Of a DNA stretch of 36,140 bases, positions 1 to 9,101 are shown one piece after another; positions within the stretch are counted from its first letter, which is position 1; each line of letters opens with the position of its first letter. The DNA is taken from positions 1 to 36,140 of the IMG/VR virus record IMGVR_UViG_3300020393_000012, one strand, 5' to 3'. The notes below the pieces were generated by a model. The model saw nothing but the letters and a program-made list of their open reading frames with translations. It was not told the DNA's origin and did not search any database. Source of the DNA: a virus. Lineage: Duplodnaviria; Caudoviricetes. A program made the position numbers and the translations under genes.

Positions 1-218
1 TATATAGGGCAATATGCTAACTGATGTTTGTGTAATGTACTGACATTGCTACAAACCAATGGGGTTACAGTAACAATATTCAATCATTACAGTTACTTAG
101 GAGACCGACCGAAAGACGAAAAGCCCCCCAAAGGGGGAAGGGGGGAATAAATGGCGAGACGTTTGTTTCGATTCGTCTCTGTTTCAATTAACAACAATCT
201 AGAAGAAAGGGAAATGTT

Positions 219-656
219 ATGCCTAGATTAACTATTGATTCTTTCTTTGACTCAAAAGATGGGTCAAAGTACATTGCTACTGTCAAATTCGGCAACGATA
301 TCAAAGATATCAGACACATCTACAAGACCGAACTGGTCAAAGCTGAGATGTCCAAGACGACCAAGGAACACTTGGTTCGTTGGTTCAAGAGAACTGCTGA
401 TAACCACCTCTACTGGAGAAATCGTTGGCAACAGTCTGGTCAGTCATCAAAGATGGGCAAGGCTACGAAGAAGTACAACCTCTGCATGGAGTGTTTATCT
501 CAGCTTACTGGCGAAGACTACAACGTAGCTCCAAAGCCAGTAGCTAAACCCAAAGCTACGAAGAAAGTTACCAAGAAGCAAGATGCTTCGGTTGAGGCTT
601 TCTTGAAAGCTAACCCAGCAATCGCTGAAATGTTCAAAGCATTCAACGCTAAGTAA
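219..656 (+). CDS. Hypothetical early protein, Lys-rich
   Basis: 145-aa ORF with AAGGG SD, followed directly by a terminator. Confidence 0.8.
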   Translation: MPRLTIDSFFDSKDGSKYIATVKFGNDIKDIRHIYKTELVKAEMSKTTKEHLVRWFKRTADNHLYWRNRWQQSGQSSKMGKATKKYNLCMECLSQLTGEDYNVAPKPVAKPKATKKVTKKQDASVEAFLKANPAIAEMFKAFNAK

Positions 657-664
657 ATCACTCA

Positions 665-701
665 AGGCTAGGGATTAAGTTCCCTAGCCTGATTTTTTTT
701 T
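665..701 (+). terminator. Rho-independent terminator
   Basis: Stem AGGCTAGGGA (665-674)/TCCCTAGCCT (681-690), then a T9 tract. Confidence 0.9.
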
Positions 702-778
702 GCCTTGAGATGTTGGTTTGTCAAGGTACTGCAACAACAAGCAGTATCTTGCTTAACCAACAACAACAGGAGTATGCT

Positions 779-1120
779 ATGGACTACTACAACGAAGGCT
801 TTTCATCACTATCAATCACACCAGTCAACAAGACTGACGAGTCGCCTTGGTCGACAACAATCGGTCAAGACTGTGTGTCGTTGAACGTCAGTATGGCAAA
901 GTTTTTGATACCAAGACTTCGGTTCTTGGCACAGTATAGTCACTCCGTACCACCACAGTTCACACCGAACAAGTGGAGAACTCATCTGCTTGAGAAAGCC
1001 GAGATGCTTGAATCTTGGTGTCAAGCAACATGCTGTGGCTACGAAGACGAACAGCTACAACGAGATGTCCAGGTCGCAATGACTTGGATTGGAAAGAACT
1101 TCCTACATCTTTGGGACTAG
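779..1120 (+). CDS. Hypothetical protein (start revised to ATG 779)
   Basis: AGGAG at 768-772 precedes the in-frame ATG (MDYYNEG...); ends before a terminator. Confidence 0.75.
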   Translation: MDYYNEGFSSLSITPVNKTDESPWSTTIGQDCVSLNVSMAKFLIPRLRFLAQYSHSVPPQFTPNKWRTHLLEKAEMLESWCQATCCGYEDEQLQRDVQVAMTWIGKNFLHLWD

Positions 1121-1125
1121 CAACT

Positions 1126-1162
1126 AACCCCCTCGCATTTCGGTGCGAGGGGGTTTTTTTTT
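1126..1162 (+). terminator. Rho-independent terminator
   Basis: AACCCCCTCGCA-TTTCGG-TGCGAGGGGGTT followed by a T tract. Confidence 0.92.
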
Positions 1163-1182
1163 GGTTTTGTGAAAGGAGAAAT

Positions 1183-1371
1183 ATGACAACACCAACAACA
1201 ACGACCACAAAGGCTGACGACAAAGTCACTATCGAACAAGTCGAACATTGGCTTGGTAGTGATTGGTCATTCAGCAACATTTGTGAAACCTTGCAAGAGT
1301 TAGCCAACGGCGACTACGAGCAAGAACAACTACGAGAGGACATCAAGTCCACTTGGCAATCATCATTATGA
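1183..1371 (+). CDS. Small acidic hypothetical protein
   Basis: GAAAGGAG SD at 1171-1178 and ATG 1183 (MTTPTTTT...). Confidence 0.75.
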   Translation: MTTPTTTTTKADDKVTIEQVEHWLGSDWSFSNICETLQELANGDYEQEQLREDIKSTWQSSL

Positions 1372-1382
1372 AAGGACGACTA

Positions 1383-1652
1383 ATGAAAACATTAGCAAGT
1401 GCCAGCAATCAAGCACTCAAAACGATTGCACTCACTAAGTTTGAGAACGTCATCAACAAGACGAAGAGATACTTCAAAGTCATGGACATGAAGTATGACG
1501 ATTTCAATCCACACAAAGACGAAACCATCTTGTCGGCAGTCAACGACTTCTACGACTTTGTTGACGTAGTCGAGAAGAACAACGTCTTGCCAAAGGTAGT
1601 ATGCGACAAGCTACACCAAAGATTTGTCAATGCTTACACCAAGGGCATCTAA
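1383..1652 (+). CDS. Hypothetical protein
   Basis: AAAGGA SD and ATG 1383 (MKTLAS...); TAATG coupling to the next ORF. Confidence 0.7.
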   Translation: MKTLASASNQALKTIALTKFENVINKTKRYFKVMDMKYDDFNPHKDETILSAVNDFYDFVDVVEKNNVLPKVVCDKLHQRFVNAYTKGI

Positions 1653-1873
1653 TGAATGTTGAGCATTTGTTGGAAGAGCTACAACATATGGTAGCCAATG
1701 ACCCAACAATCTTGAAGTTACCTATCAGAGTTATCGAGGGTAGCGACTACGAAGAGAATGGAATTGACGCAAAGCCTAACTACTGGCTCGACAACAGTTC
1801 CATTGAAGTCAACAACACTGGTCAATCTGGATACGAAATGTCTGGAGAGGTTAGGTTGATTGGACATCAGTAA
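1652..1873 (+). CDS. Hypothetical protein
   Basis: ATG overlaps the upstream stop (TAATG); MNVEHLL... Confidence 0.7.
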   Translation: MNVEHLLEELQHMVANDPTILKLPIRVIEGSDYEENGIDAKPNYWLDNSSIEVNNTGQSGYEMSGEVRLIGHQ

Positions 1874-1901
1874 TTGCAATCTGTCTTAAATGTGTTACAC
1901 T
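1874..1901 (+). promoter_or_regulatory. Sigma70-type promoter overlapped by an 18-bp box (1882-1899)
   Basis: TTGCAA-N16-TACACT with extended -10 TG; contains TGTCTTAAATGTGTTACA; strong SD downstream. Confidence 0.65.
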
Positions 1902-1918
1902 GAGAAAGGAGGCATCAC

Positions 1919-2011
1919 ATGGACATGTACATCAACGACTTAGGGGAACGACTAGGAGCATCAGACTTAGTCGTTTTCATCATTCAATTTATTCAGGGAG
2001 TATTGATATGA
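1919..2011 (+). CDS. 30-aa microprotein (not in ORF track)
   Basis: GAAAGGAGG SD; MDMYINDLGERLGASDLVVFIIQFIQGVLI; ATGA overlap with the next gene. Confidence 0.6.
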   Translation: MDMYINDLGERLGASDLVVFIIQFIQGVLI

Positions 2012-2241
2012 TTTATCGAACTAAAATCCACGTTCCAATGCCAACGAAAGAGAGCTACCTCAAAAAGTATCTTCGTTGGTTTGGATTCTTCATTGTCTGT
2101 CTTTTGCTTTACATGACAATAATCGTTGCAATCTTTGAGTTTATGGCTGGGTGTGGAGAGAAGAACTACTACTCAGACAGAACTTGGACGACCAACGATT
2201 GCATCTTCATACCTTACGAACCAACAAGTGGTACTTGGTAA
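2008..2241 (+). CDS. Small membrane protein, possible lipoprotein
   Basis: Hydrophobic helix ending in MAGC; GGGAG SD; coupled to both neighbours. Confidence 0.7.
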   Translation: MIYRTKIHVPMPTKESYLKKYLRWFGFFIVCLLLYMTIIVAIFEFMAGCGEKNYYSDRTWTTNDCIFIPYEPTSGTW

Positions 2242-2507
2242 TGTATGAGATTCACATCATTGACAAGGCTAACAACTTGTCATGGCAGTCAAGACGTTTG
2301 TATGCGACATACCTTGAGGCAGAGGCATATGCTACACGTCTTGCAAAAAAGCTAACCGACTTGAACATGAGAGCAATCTCGCCACACATCAAAGGTGGTC
2401 GAGTGCTGACATGGATAGTCTTCAACCAAAAGTTAACAACAATCCAAGATTTCTATGAGGCTATGGAAAAGGAAGGAGTATGCAATATCAACCTCATTGA
2501 AGAATAA
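2241..2507 (+). CDS. Hypothetical protein
   Basis: TAATG-coupled start (MYEIHII...). Confidence 0.7.
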   Translation: MYEIHIIDKANNLSWQSRRLYATYLEAEAYATRLAKKLTDLNMRAISPHIKGGRVLTWIVFNQKLTTIQDFYEAMEKEGVCNINLIEE

Positions 2508-2537
2508 CCTACAACAACAACCTACAAGGAGTAAATT

Positions 2538-4505
2538 ATGCAATATTGTTTTGCAGACCTAAAGTCCATGCTCAAGGACTATAAACTCAGAGACGGCAAC
2601 GAATCACGACGTATACTTCGTAAGTTCGTTTGCGATACCACTCACGAAATCTGTTCTTCTGTCAGATTTACCAAAGACGTTGAGAAAGCAAGTGGCATGA
2701 ACTGGAGACGGTACGTTGAGTCTGTCGACAGATGTGTACTGCTTCAACTCATTTACGATTCGTTGATGGGAAAGCTAGACGAGAGAACGTATCTCGACCC
2801 ATTGGAAAACCCAAGTCAACATTGCCACCCAAAACGACGTGGCAGTGGTTACTCATTCGGTTTCAACAAAAAGATACCTACCAACGACCATGGTATTGTG
2901 AGACAGATTGAGACTGCACTTGGCGATTCAATGACCACACCACCTAGTGGCAAGAAGAAGACACCAAGTATCATGGAACTGTCTGATGTTATCTGTGTTG
3001 CAGAACACGAACTCAAGATTCAAAGTGGTTTGCTAAATCACGAAGACAGACTTGATGTAACTATCAATGATGCAGTAATCCATGAAGTGTGCAACACGAT
3101 TTGGGAAGGCTCAGACTACGTCGCACCAGAGACGACAGAAAGCTACAACCAATCTGTCATTGCTCTGCTACGAACTCAGACAGACGAGAATGGTCAGAAC
3201 GTAGCTGACATTACCTACCAACAGAAACTTGATGGTCTCGACGAACCTCGCAAGGAACTGTTGTCATGGCTCAGACAAAACTATGATGCTTACAAGTCTA
3301 GTGGCGAAACCTCTACCAAGCAGACTGCCAACGTAGGGATTGAGGTTGACCAAACTCAGCTTGAGGCAATCAACATACTTACCAAGAATGCAACCCAAGG
3401 TAAGTATTCTCTGACCGATATCCTCAACAAGCTTGACGAGTCGGACAAAGAAATCAAGAACCTCAAGACTATCAAGGCTTCAATCAAACCACCACTGCCC
3501 CATGGTGTATCACATCACACTGGCAGTGCAGATGACTTGACGTATGAGATTGTCGAACAGAAAGCATCAAAGGTGTTTGGCAAGTCGGTCAAGGCTATGC
3601 AGTTTGATATCCCTACACTTGTTTGGAAAGACAAGAGTGGCAAGGAAGTCCAACACCCACTATGCCCTAGTATCGAACCTAACTACGAGTTCAGACCACA
3701 ACACTTGGTCAAGTTCTTGTCGGCTCACTTGTTTGGTCAGAACATTTGGGTGCATGGTCACACTGGTACTGGTAAGACGACGTTGGCTGAACAGATTGCT
3801 AGTCGTATTGGCTATCCAGTCTTCAGACTCAATCTTGATTCCAACATGGAACGTGCTGACATTGTCGGTGCGAAAGAGATTGTCGTTGAGAATGGTCAAC
3901 CAACGACTAGGTTTGTTGAGGGCATTCTGCCCAAGGCAATGAAGCTACCATGCTTTCTGATACTCGACGAAATGGACGGTGGTATGCCTGACATTTTGTT
4001 TGCAGTGCAACGTGCATTGGAGAAGAAAGGTTTGGTCTTGACCGAAGATGGTGGTCGTCTTGTTGAGTCACACCCATACTTCAGATTCATTGCAACTGCT
4101 AACTCTCGTGGTCAAGGCGACGAGTATGGTTGGTATCAAGGTGTACGACCAATGAACCTTGCTACCCTCGACCGATTCAGCACGTTCATTGAGGTCGGTT
4201 ATCTATCCAAAGACCAAGAGACCAAGCTAATCAGCAAAGAGTATCCAATGATTAGCAACGAACGACTAGGTCAAATTGTACAGTTCACCAAAGAGATTCG
4301 TGAGGCTTTCATTGGTGGCGAACTATCTACAACCATTAGTCCAAGAGGTGTTGCTTCAATGTGTCAATACTTCGTCCACATGAAAGACCTTATGCCTGAT
4401 GAGAATCAAGCCATGAAGTCTGCCGTTGACGTCGTGATTACTGACAGATGCCCTTTGGATTCCAAACAACGTGTGACAGAGATTGCACAAAGATGTTTCA
4501 AGTAA
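2538..4505 (+). CDS. cobS: CobS-like MoxR-family AAA+ ATPase with long N-terminal extension
   Basis: Walker A GHTGTGKT, RLNLDS..RADIVG, EGILPKAM, Walker B LILDEMD, FRFIATANS, LDRF; AAGGAG SD. Confidence 0.88.
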   Translation: MQYCFADLKSMLKDYKLRDGNESRRILRKFVCDTTHEICSSVRFTKDVEKASGMNWRRYVESVDRCVLLQLIYDSLMGKLDERTYLDPLENPSQHCHPKRRGSGYSFGFNKKIPTNDHGIVRQIETALGDSMTTPPSGKKKTPSIMELSDVICVAEHELKIQSGLLNHEDRLDVTINDAVIHEVCNTIWEGSDYVAPETTESYNQSVIALLRTQTDENGQNVADITYQQKLDGLDEPRKELLSWLRQNYDAYKSSGETSTKQTANVGIEVDQTQLEAINILTKNATQGKYSLTDILNKLDESDKEIKNLKTIKASIKPPLPHGVSHHTGSADDLTYEIVEQKASKVFGKSVKAMQFDIPTLVWKDKSGKEVQHPLCPSIEPNYEFRPQHLVKFLSAHLFGQNIWVHGHTGTGKTTLAEQIASRIGYPVFRLNLDSNMERADIVGAKEIVVENGQPTTRFVEGILPKAMKLPCFLILDEMDGGMPDILFAVQRALEKKGLVLTEDGGRLVESHPYFRFIATANSRGQGDEYGWYQGVRPMNLATLDRFSTFIEVGYLSKDQETKLISKEYPMISNERLGQIVQFTKEIREAFIGGELSTTISPRGVASMCQYFVHMKDLMPDENQAMKSAVDVVITDRCPLDSKQRVTEIAQRCFK

Positions 4506-4515
4506 GGAGGTATAA

Positions 4516-6594
4516 ATGAAAACACCAAGAAACATTACTTACATACCAGAGAGTGGGGACTTGGATAAACCCTACTGTACTGGTCGTGAACTTATGGACG
4601 CAACAAGGACTGTCGTCAAAGTCCTTGGTCGTAAGTCTAACTCAACTGTTCGGTTTGATGGTAACAATGCTTACACCAATGGAACCGACGTAGTCTTACC
4701 ATCACTTCCTGACGACGCAACCCTAACCAAACGTGAGGGTCTTGTCACTGCTGGGTATGCAAACCACGAGACGTTGCACAACCTACTCACTGACTTGACT
4801 CCAGGGGGTTACGGTTTCAACAAACGTCAAGAGTGGGCGAAAGACAAAAAGCATCTAACCAAAGCGATTCAGAACTGCTTGGAGGACGTTCGAATCGAGC
4901 GAGGTGGCAAGGAACTGTATGCTGGTATACCCAAAGCCATTGACAAAACTGCTGACGCAGTGACTACGAACTTCATCAATGAGGTTTACCCACAAGACAA
5001 AGACATAGTCAATCACATTGACCAAGTCGGTCCAGTGGCAATCACATGGGAAGGACGACGTAGAATGGGTTACCCATCAGAATCGAACCAAAAAGCCATG
5101 GACTTGCTACCACAACACGTCAAGGACTGGGTCAATCAATGTTGCGACATTGTCTTTGGCATACCTCATGGTGTCACTGGCATGGGGGAAGTAGATAAAC
5201 AACAAGCCTATGATGGCTCAAATCAAGTTTGCGATATAGCAGAAAGGATAGCAAATGAACTCAAACAAGGTAAAAATCCCGACGGAACCCCCATACCTCA
5301 GACTCCTATTGGAAACGGAAAACGGAAGCAAAAGGGTAACGGAAATGCTACTGGAAATGACGGAACAAGAGTTGGTCAGAGCAATGGAAACCCTCAAGCA
5401 TCAGATGATGAAAGCAATACTGGAGGTAACTCTCAAGGGAATGAACGACGAGCAGAAGAAGACTCTACTGGGGACGATAACTCAAATAGTCACACCCACG
5501 GAGCAATCACTGGAACCGCAGAAGAGTCCGAAGTCGAACCAATAAATGGCAACCTTGCTCAAGCCATTGAGGATATCTTCCAAGGTAAGTGTGGCAGTGG
5601 AGACTATCGTGTTCAGTGTCGTGATGACGACCATTGGAGACACAGACGTAACTCCAAAGTCAAGTTTGACATCAGAGCAGACTCAGACCCAAGGCTCAAT
5701 GATGATAGGCATGGCACGACGTATGCTAGGCTGAAGAAAGACATGGGCAATATGCTTGGCACTATGAGACGTAAGCTTGAGTTGGCTCTTGTCTCACAGA
5801 ACAGAAACGAAATCCACAGACGTAAACGACATGGTAAGCTTGACACGAGAAAGCTGACCAACGTGATTAGCTTTGACACCGAAGTGTTTAGACGACGAGT
5901 GATGAGCAATGCAATCGACACTGCTGTCAGCATTGTTGTCGACATGAGTGGGTCAATGAATGGTGGTCGTATCAAACTTGCAAGAGATTGTACCATTGCA
6001 CTAGCCAATGCCTTGGAGAACACCAAGGTGTCGTATGAGATTGTCGGTCATCATACCCAATACAAAATGGGTCACAGTAGCCACACAAACTCAACAGAGC
6101 AAGAGGTCAACAAGGTAACCAATGGCAAGTTCAATCGTAAAGATGCAACGAGAATGTACATGTTCAAAGCATTCTCAGAAAAGCTATCTGATTGTCGCAA
6201 GTCTCTTGGTGCTATGGCTAGTTGCACTGGTGGTGCTAATGCTGACGGTGACTCATGGCTTTATGCTTTCGACAGATTGGTCAAGCAACCAGAGAAACGT
6301 AAGGTTATGCTTTGCTTGTGCGACGGTTACCCAGCTTATGAGAGTGACTATGGAGACATGGACACCTATCAGAGAACTGCCGACGTTGTAAAGTACATGG
6401 GAACTTATGCCGACGTAATCGGTATTGGTATCCAATCCAGTTCTGTCAAAAACTTCTTCCCCAAATACGTTGTTATCAATCAGCTTAACGACTTGCCAAA
6501 AGTTGTGATGGACGAGCTAGGCAAGGCATTGCTTGGCAAGAACTTCAAGGTTGATAACTCAGACTTGATAAAGGGGAACAAGATAAATGGCTAA
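4516..6594 (+). CDS. CobT-like protein: N-terminal HExxH domain, Gly/Asn-rich linker, C-terminal vWA domain
   Basis: HETLH and LEDVRIE motifs; MIDAS DMSGS, NADG, LCDGYP; AAGGAGG SD; adjacent to the MoxR ATPase. Confidence 0.88.
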   Translation: MKTPRNITYIPESGDLDKPYCTGRELMDATRTVVKVLGRKSNSTVRFDGNNAYTNGTDVVLPSLPDDATLTKREGLVTAGYANHETLHNLLTDLTPGGYGFNKRQEWAKDKKHLTKAIQNCLEDVRIERGGKELYAGIPKAIDKTADAVTTNFINEVYPQDKDIVNHIDQVGPVAITWEGRRRMGYPSESNQKAMDLLPQHVKDWVNQCCDIVFGIPHGVTGMGEVDKQQAYDGSNQVCDIAERIANELKQGKNPDGTPIPQTPIGNGKRKQKGNGNATGNDGTRVGQSNGNPQASDDESNTGGNSQGNERRAEEDSTGDDNSNSHTHGAITGTAEESEVEPINGNLAQAIEDIFQGKCGSGDYRVQCRDDDHWRHRRNSKVKFDIRADSDPRLNDDRHGTTYARLKKDMGNMLGTMRRKLELALVSQNRNEIHRRKRHGKLDTRKLTNVISFDTEVFRRRVMSNAIDTAVSIVVDMSGSMNGGRIKLARDCTIALANALENTKVSYEIVGHHTQYKMGHSSHTNSTEQEVNKVTNGKFNRKDATRMYMFKAFSEKLSDCRKSLGAMASCTGGANADGDSWLYAFDRLVKQPEKRKVMLCLCDGYPAYESDYGDMDTYQRTADVVKYMGTYADVIGIGIQSSSVKNFFPKYVVINQLNDLPKVVMDELGKALLGKNFKVDNSDLIKGNKING

Positions 6595-6793
6595 ACGGAG
6601 ACGTCCAATCATACCGTGGGAGTGGTTATACATGGCTCCCACTCAACGACCAGTTTCGTTTTGGTTACGAGTAAAGGCGAGAGTCAAGAAACGAGGAATC
6701 AGAATGAAAGATTGGGACAAGGTCAGAGAGGTCATACTCACTGAACCTTATCCTATCAAAACCTCAATCTATGAAGAAGAAAGGAGCGACTAA
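6587..6793 (+). CDS. Small basic hypothetical protein
   Basis: Overlap-coupled 68-aa ORF with AAGGGG SD. Confidence 0.65.
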   Translation: MAKRRRPIIPWEWLYMAPTQRPVSFWLRVKARVKKRGIRMKDWDKVREVILTEPYPIKTSIYEEERSD

Positions 6794-7275
6794 TGTCAGA
6801 TATTATTAAGGCTATCACTGACAAGCAACTTGAAGACGTTGGTCTCAAGAAGAAAGAGACCGAGGTCATCAGTACCAAACGTAAGACTACAATCAAACCA
6901 ACCAAGAAACATCAGCAAGGGTGGTTGTTCAAAGCTTCCCCACCGAAAGAGTATCCCGTCACGGGGAGGAACGGTGGGAGTAACAATCCTAAGTCGTGGC
7001 AAAAAGACGACGTGCTACGAAAGCTTGATGAACTTCGGTCCGCCTTCCAGGAAGACGGTAAGGGCAATGCAACTGTTGAGTCCAAGCAGTTCGATACACT
7101 TGTGTATCTACTGTACACAGATTTCATCAATGGCATGGAGCAGAGTGGCTTGATTGTAAAACCTAGCATTGCACAAAAGTTCAAAGACGAACTCAGTCTT
7201 TTCCTAATGCAGTGCTATTTCAAAGGCGACCAAGGTTTCTTAAACATCATTCAGAAAGGAGAAAGCAATGAGTGA
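6793..7275 (+). CDS. Hypothetical protein
   Basis: AAGGAG SD and TAATG coupling. Confidence 0.75.
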   Translation: MSDIIKAITDKQLEDVGLKKKETEVISTKRKTTIKPTKKHQQGWLFKASPPKEYPVTGRNGGSNNPKSWQKDDVLRKLDELRSAFQEDGKGNATVESKQFDTLVYLLYTDFINGMEQSGLIVKPSIAQKFKDELSLFLMQCYFKGDQGFLNIIQKGESNE

Positions 7276-7879
7276 AGACCAAAACCTAATCCTTGTTCAA
7301 GGTTTGATTGAAAACTTTGATGCCAAGACAACGAGAACTGTTGTAACAATTTGTAACAATAGACTTGATTCACTTGGCGAACCCATTGCCCCACCCCAAA
7401 GAGCAAAGGGAGTGAGGTCACATGGTGGGTACAAACCAAAAGACTTCAATGCCAAAGGTTATCCCAAGCTAGTAGCATGGCATGGCAAACATGTTGATGA
7501 CACTTGGAACGAGATACATCATTGGCTGAAGAACAATATCAGCAATCCGTTCAAGACGTTCAGAGATATCGACCTAGAGTGGTTTGACTTTGACAAAGCA
7601 GAGAACAAGTCGTTCTGCATTATGTCTGTCGGTGGACGTTACAAGAAGAAAGGATATGCTTGGGGTTTCAAAGTCGACGGTGTTGCTAACACGACACTCA
7701 ACGACGTAGAGATTCCAAACTTTATGAACATGTCAGGTTGGCATGATGCACATACCAATCGTAGTCCATTCTTCAATGATGGCAGTCCTGACATCAGCAA
7801 TGCACAGTCAACCATATTCCTCAATCTTGGGGATTGTGTCTCTGACCTTGAGAAATATTGTCATGGGTACACACAATGA
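7268..7879 (+). CDS. Hypothetical protein
   Basis: AAGGAG SD; 203 aa. Confidence 0.78.
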   Translation: MSEDQNLILVQGLIENFDAKTTRTVVTICNNRLDSLGEPIAPPQRAKGVRSHGGYKPKDFNAKGYPKLVAWHGKHVDDTWNEIHHWLKNNISNPFKTFRDIDLEWFDFDKAENKSFCIMSVGGRYKKKGYAWGFKVDGVANTTLNDVEIPNFMNMSGWHDAHTNRSPFFNDGSPDISNAQSTIFLNLGDCVSDLEKYCHGYTQ

Positions 7880-8088
7880 CTGACCAAGCAGACCTTTTAG
7901 TGTGGGGTTTCAACCGACGTAATAGGGAAAAAATCAGACAGACGTTACGATTTTTCCTTATGCGTCACAACACACTAAAACTTAACAACAATGACGAGGT
8001 CTTCTTTCCAACAAGAAAGGAAATGGAAGAAGCCTACAACTTTCACTTTTATGGAGAATCAGATGCAGATAATCAAAATCTTTATTGA
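7876..8088 (+). CDS. Hypothetical protein
   Basis: ATGA overlap start (MTDQADL...). Confidence 0.6.
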   Translation: MTDQADLLVWGFNRRNREKIRQTLRFFLMRHNTLKLNNNDEVFFPTRKEMEEAYNFHFYGESDADNQNLY

Positions 8089-8356
8089 GCCTTTGTCGAA
8101 TGAAATTTTCGACCACCATGACTACATCATATACAGAACAGATGTCGTCGTATCAGACAAGGAAGTATTCCAAGAATACTGGGGTCACTGGGACGACGAG
8201 GAACTAACTATCGAATCCATAGGTTCAGATGGCAAGTTCTTAGTCGGCAAAGACACAGAGCATGAATGCTTGTGCCAAGTAACTAGACGTTTTGAGAATA
8301 TCACACCACGTCACTTATCAGTATTGGAACATTATGGAGTCGTGTCATGTGCATAA
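8063..8356 (+). CDS. Hypothetical acidic protein
   Basis: GGAG SD before ATG 8063 (MQIIKIF...). Confidence 0.65.
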   Translation: MQIIKIFIEPLSNEIFDHHDYIIYRTDVVVSDKEVFQEYWGHWDDEELTIESIGSDGKFLVGKDTEHECLCQVTRRFENITPRHLSVLEHYGVVSCA

Positions 8357-8625
8357 ATTACACCAAGACCTTACAAGAGGGTAAGGTAAAAATGACAATC
8401 GCATGGGGCGAACACCCATGCGAAGACCAAATAGTGACCTATACATTCGACACTGGCAAAGAGGCTGATGCTTTTCTCAAAGGAGTCGAAGAGGGCAATG
8501 GTTGGTTAGACTATGCAGTCATTGGCGACGACGTTAAAGACGAGCATGGCAACTTGATAATGCACACCTCATACGACGGAGACCTTGATGAGTATATCAC
8601 TGCCGTCGAGGAAGGGAGGGCATGA
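8347..8625 (+). CDS. Hypothetical acidic protein
   Basis: GGAG SD; overlapping neighbours. Confidence 0.65.
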   Translation: MCINYTKTLQEGKVKMTIAWGEHPCEDQIVTYTFDTGKEADAFLKGVEEGNGWLDYAVIGDDVKDEHGNLIMHTSYDGDLDEYITAVEEGRA

Positions 8626-8825
8626 TGAATATCAAAGAAATCATTGACCAAATAAACTATGTCATGGACGAAGTCGAGGACACACCAGATAAGTATCGCC
8701 AACTGCACGAACTTGGTTGGCAACTTATCAGTGCGACGAGACCATCAGACTTTTACGAAGACAAAGAACAAGCCATGAAAGAACAACTAAGTGGCTTCAT
8801 CATTGAGGACAAAGATGATGAGTGA
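8622..8825 (+). CDS. Hypothetical acidic protein
   Basis: GGAGG SD; ATGA overlap. Confidence 0.65.
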   Translation: MMNIKEIIDQINYVMDEVEDTPDKYRQLHELGWQLISATRPSDFYEDKEQAMKEQLSGFIIEDKDDE

Positions 8826-9099
8826 ACTTTGTAGAGACTGTGGCGAGGATACGTCGTTCGGCAGTGGCAAATTCGTAAACAGAATCCCAGCAGACGAAGG
8901 CTGGGTCTGTGCCGAATGCATGCTCTTTGATTGCGACGAGTGTGGAGCGAATACTCTTGAGGTCTACACTTGTGAAATCGGTGGCGACTTTTTGTGTGAA
9001 GATTGTTCAGAGACTTGTGAAGATTGCAGTTCAAGTTTCAACAAAAATCTGTTCGCCTTATCATCTAATAACTTATGTAAGAAATGTGAGAGGAGGTAA
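8818..9099 (+). CDS. Cys-rich multi-zinc-finger protein
   Basis: Six CxxC pairs (CRDC, CAEC, CDEC, CEDC x2, CKKC); GAGGA SD; start 8815 or 8818. Confidence 0.75.
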   Translation: MSELCRDCGEDTSFGSGKFVNRIPADEGWVCAECMLFDCDECGANTLEVYTCEIGGDFLCEDCSETCEDCSSSFNKNLFALSSNNLCKKCERR

Positions 9100-9101
9100 T
9101 T

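Noticed and set aside
4886-4900. GTTCGAATC T-loop-like motif
   Set aside because: It lies inside the vWA gene (codons for V-R-I) with no cloverleaf around it
2538-6594. Cobalamin-synthesis auxiliary metabolic genes
   Set aside because: No CobN or other cob genes are present; the extra domains and early context suggest a general MoxR/vWA role
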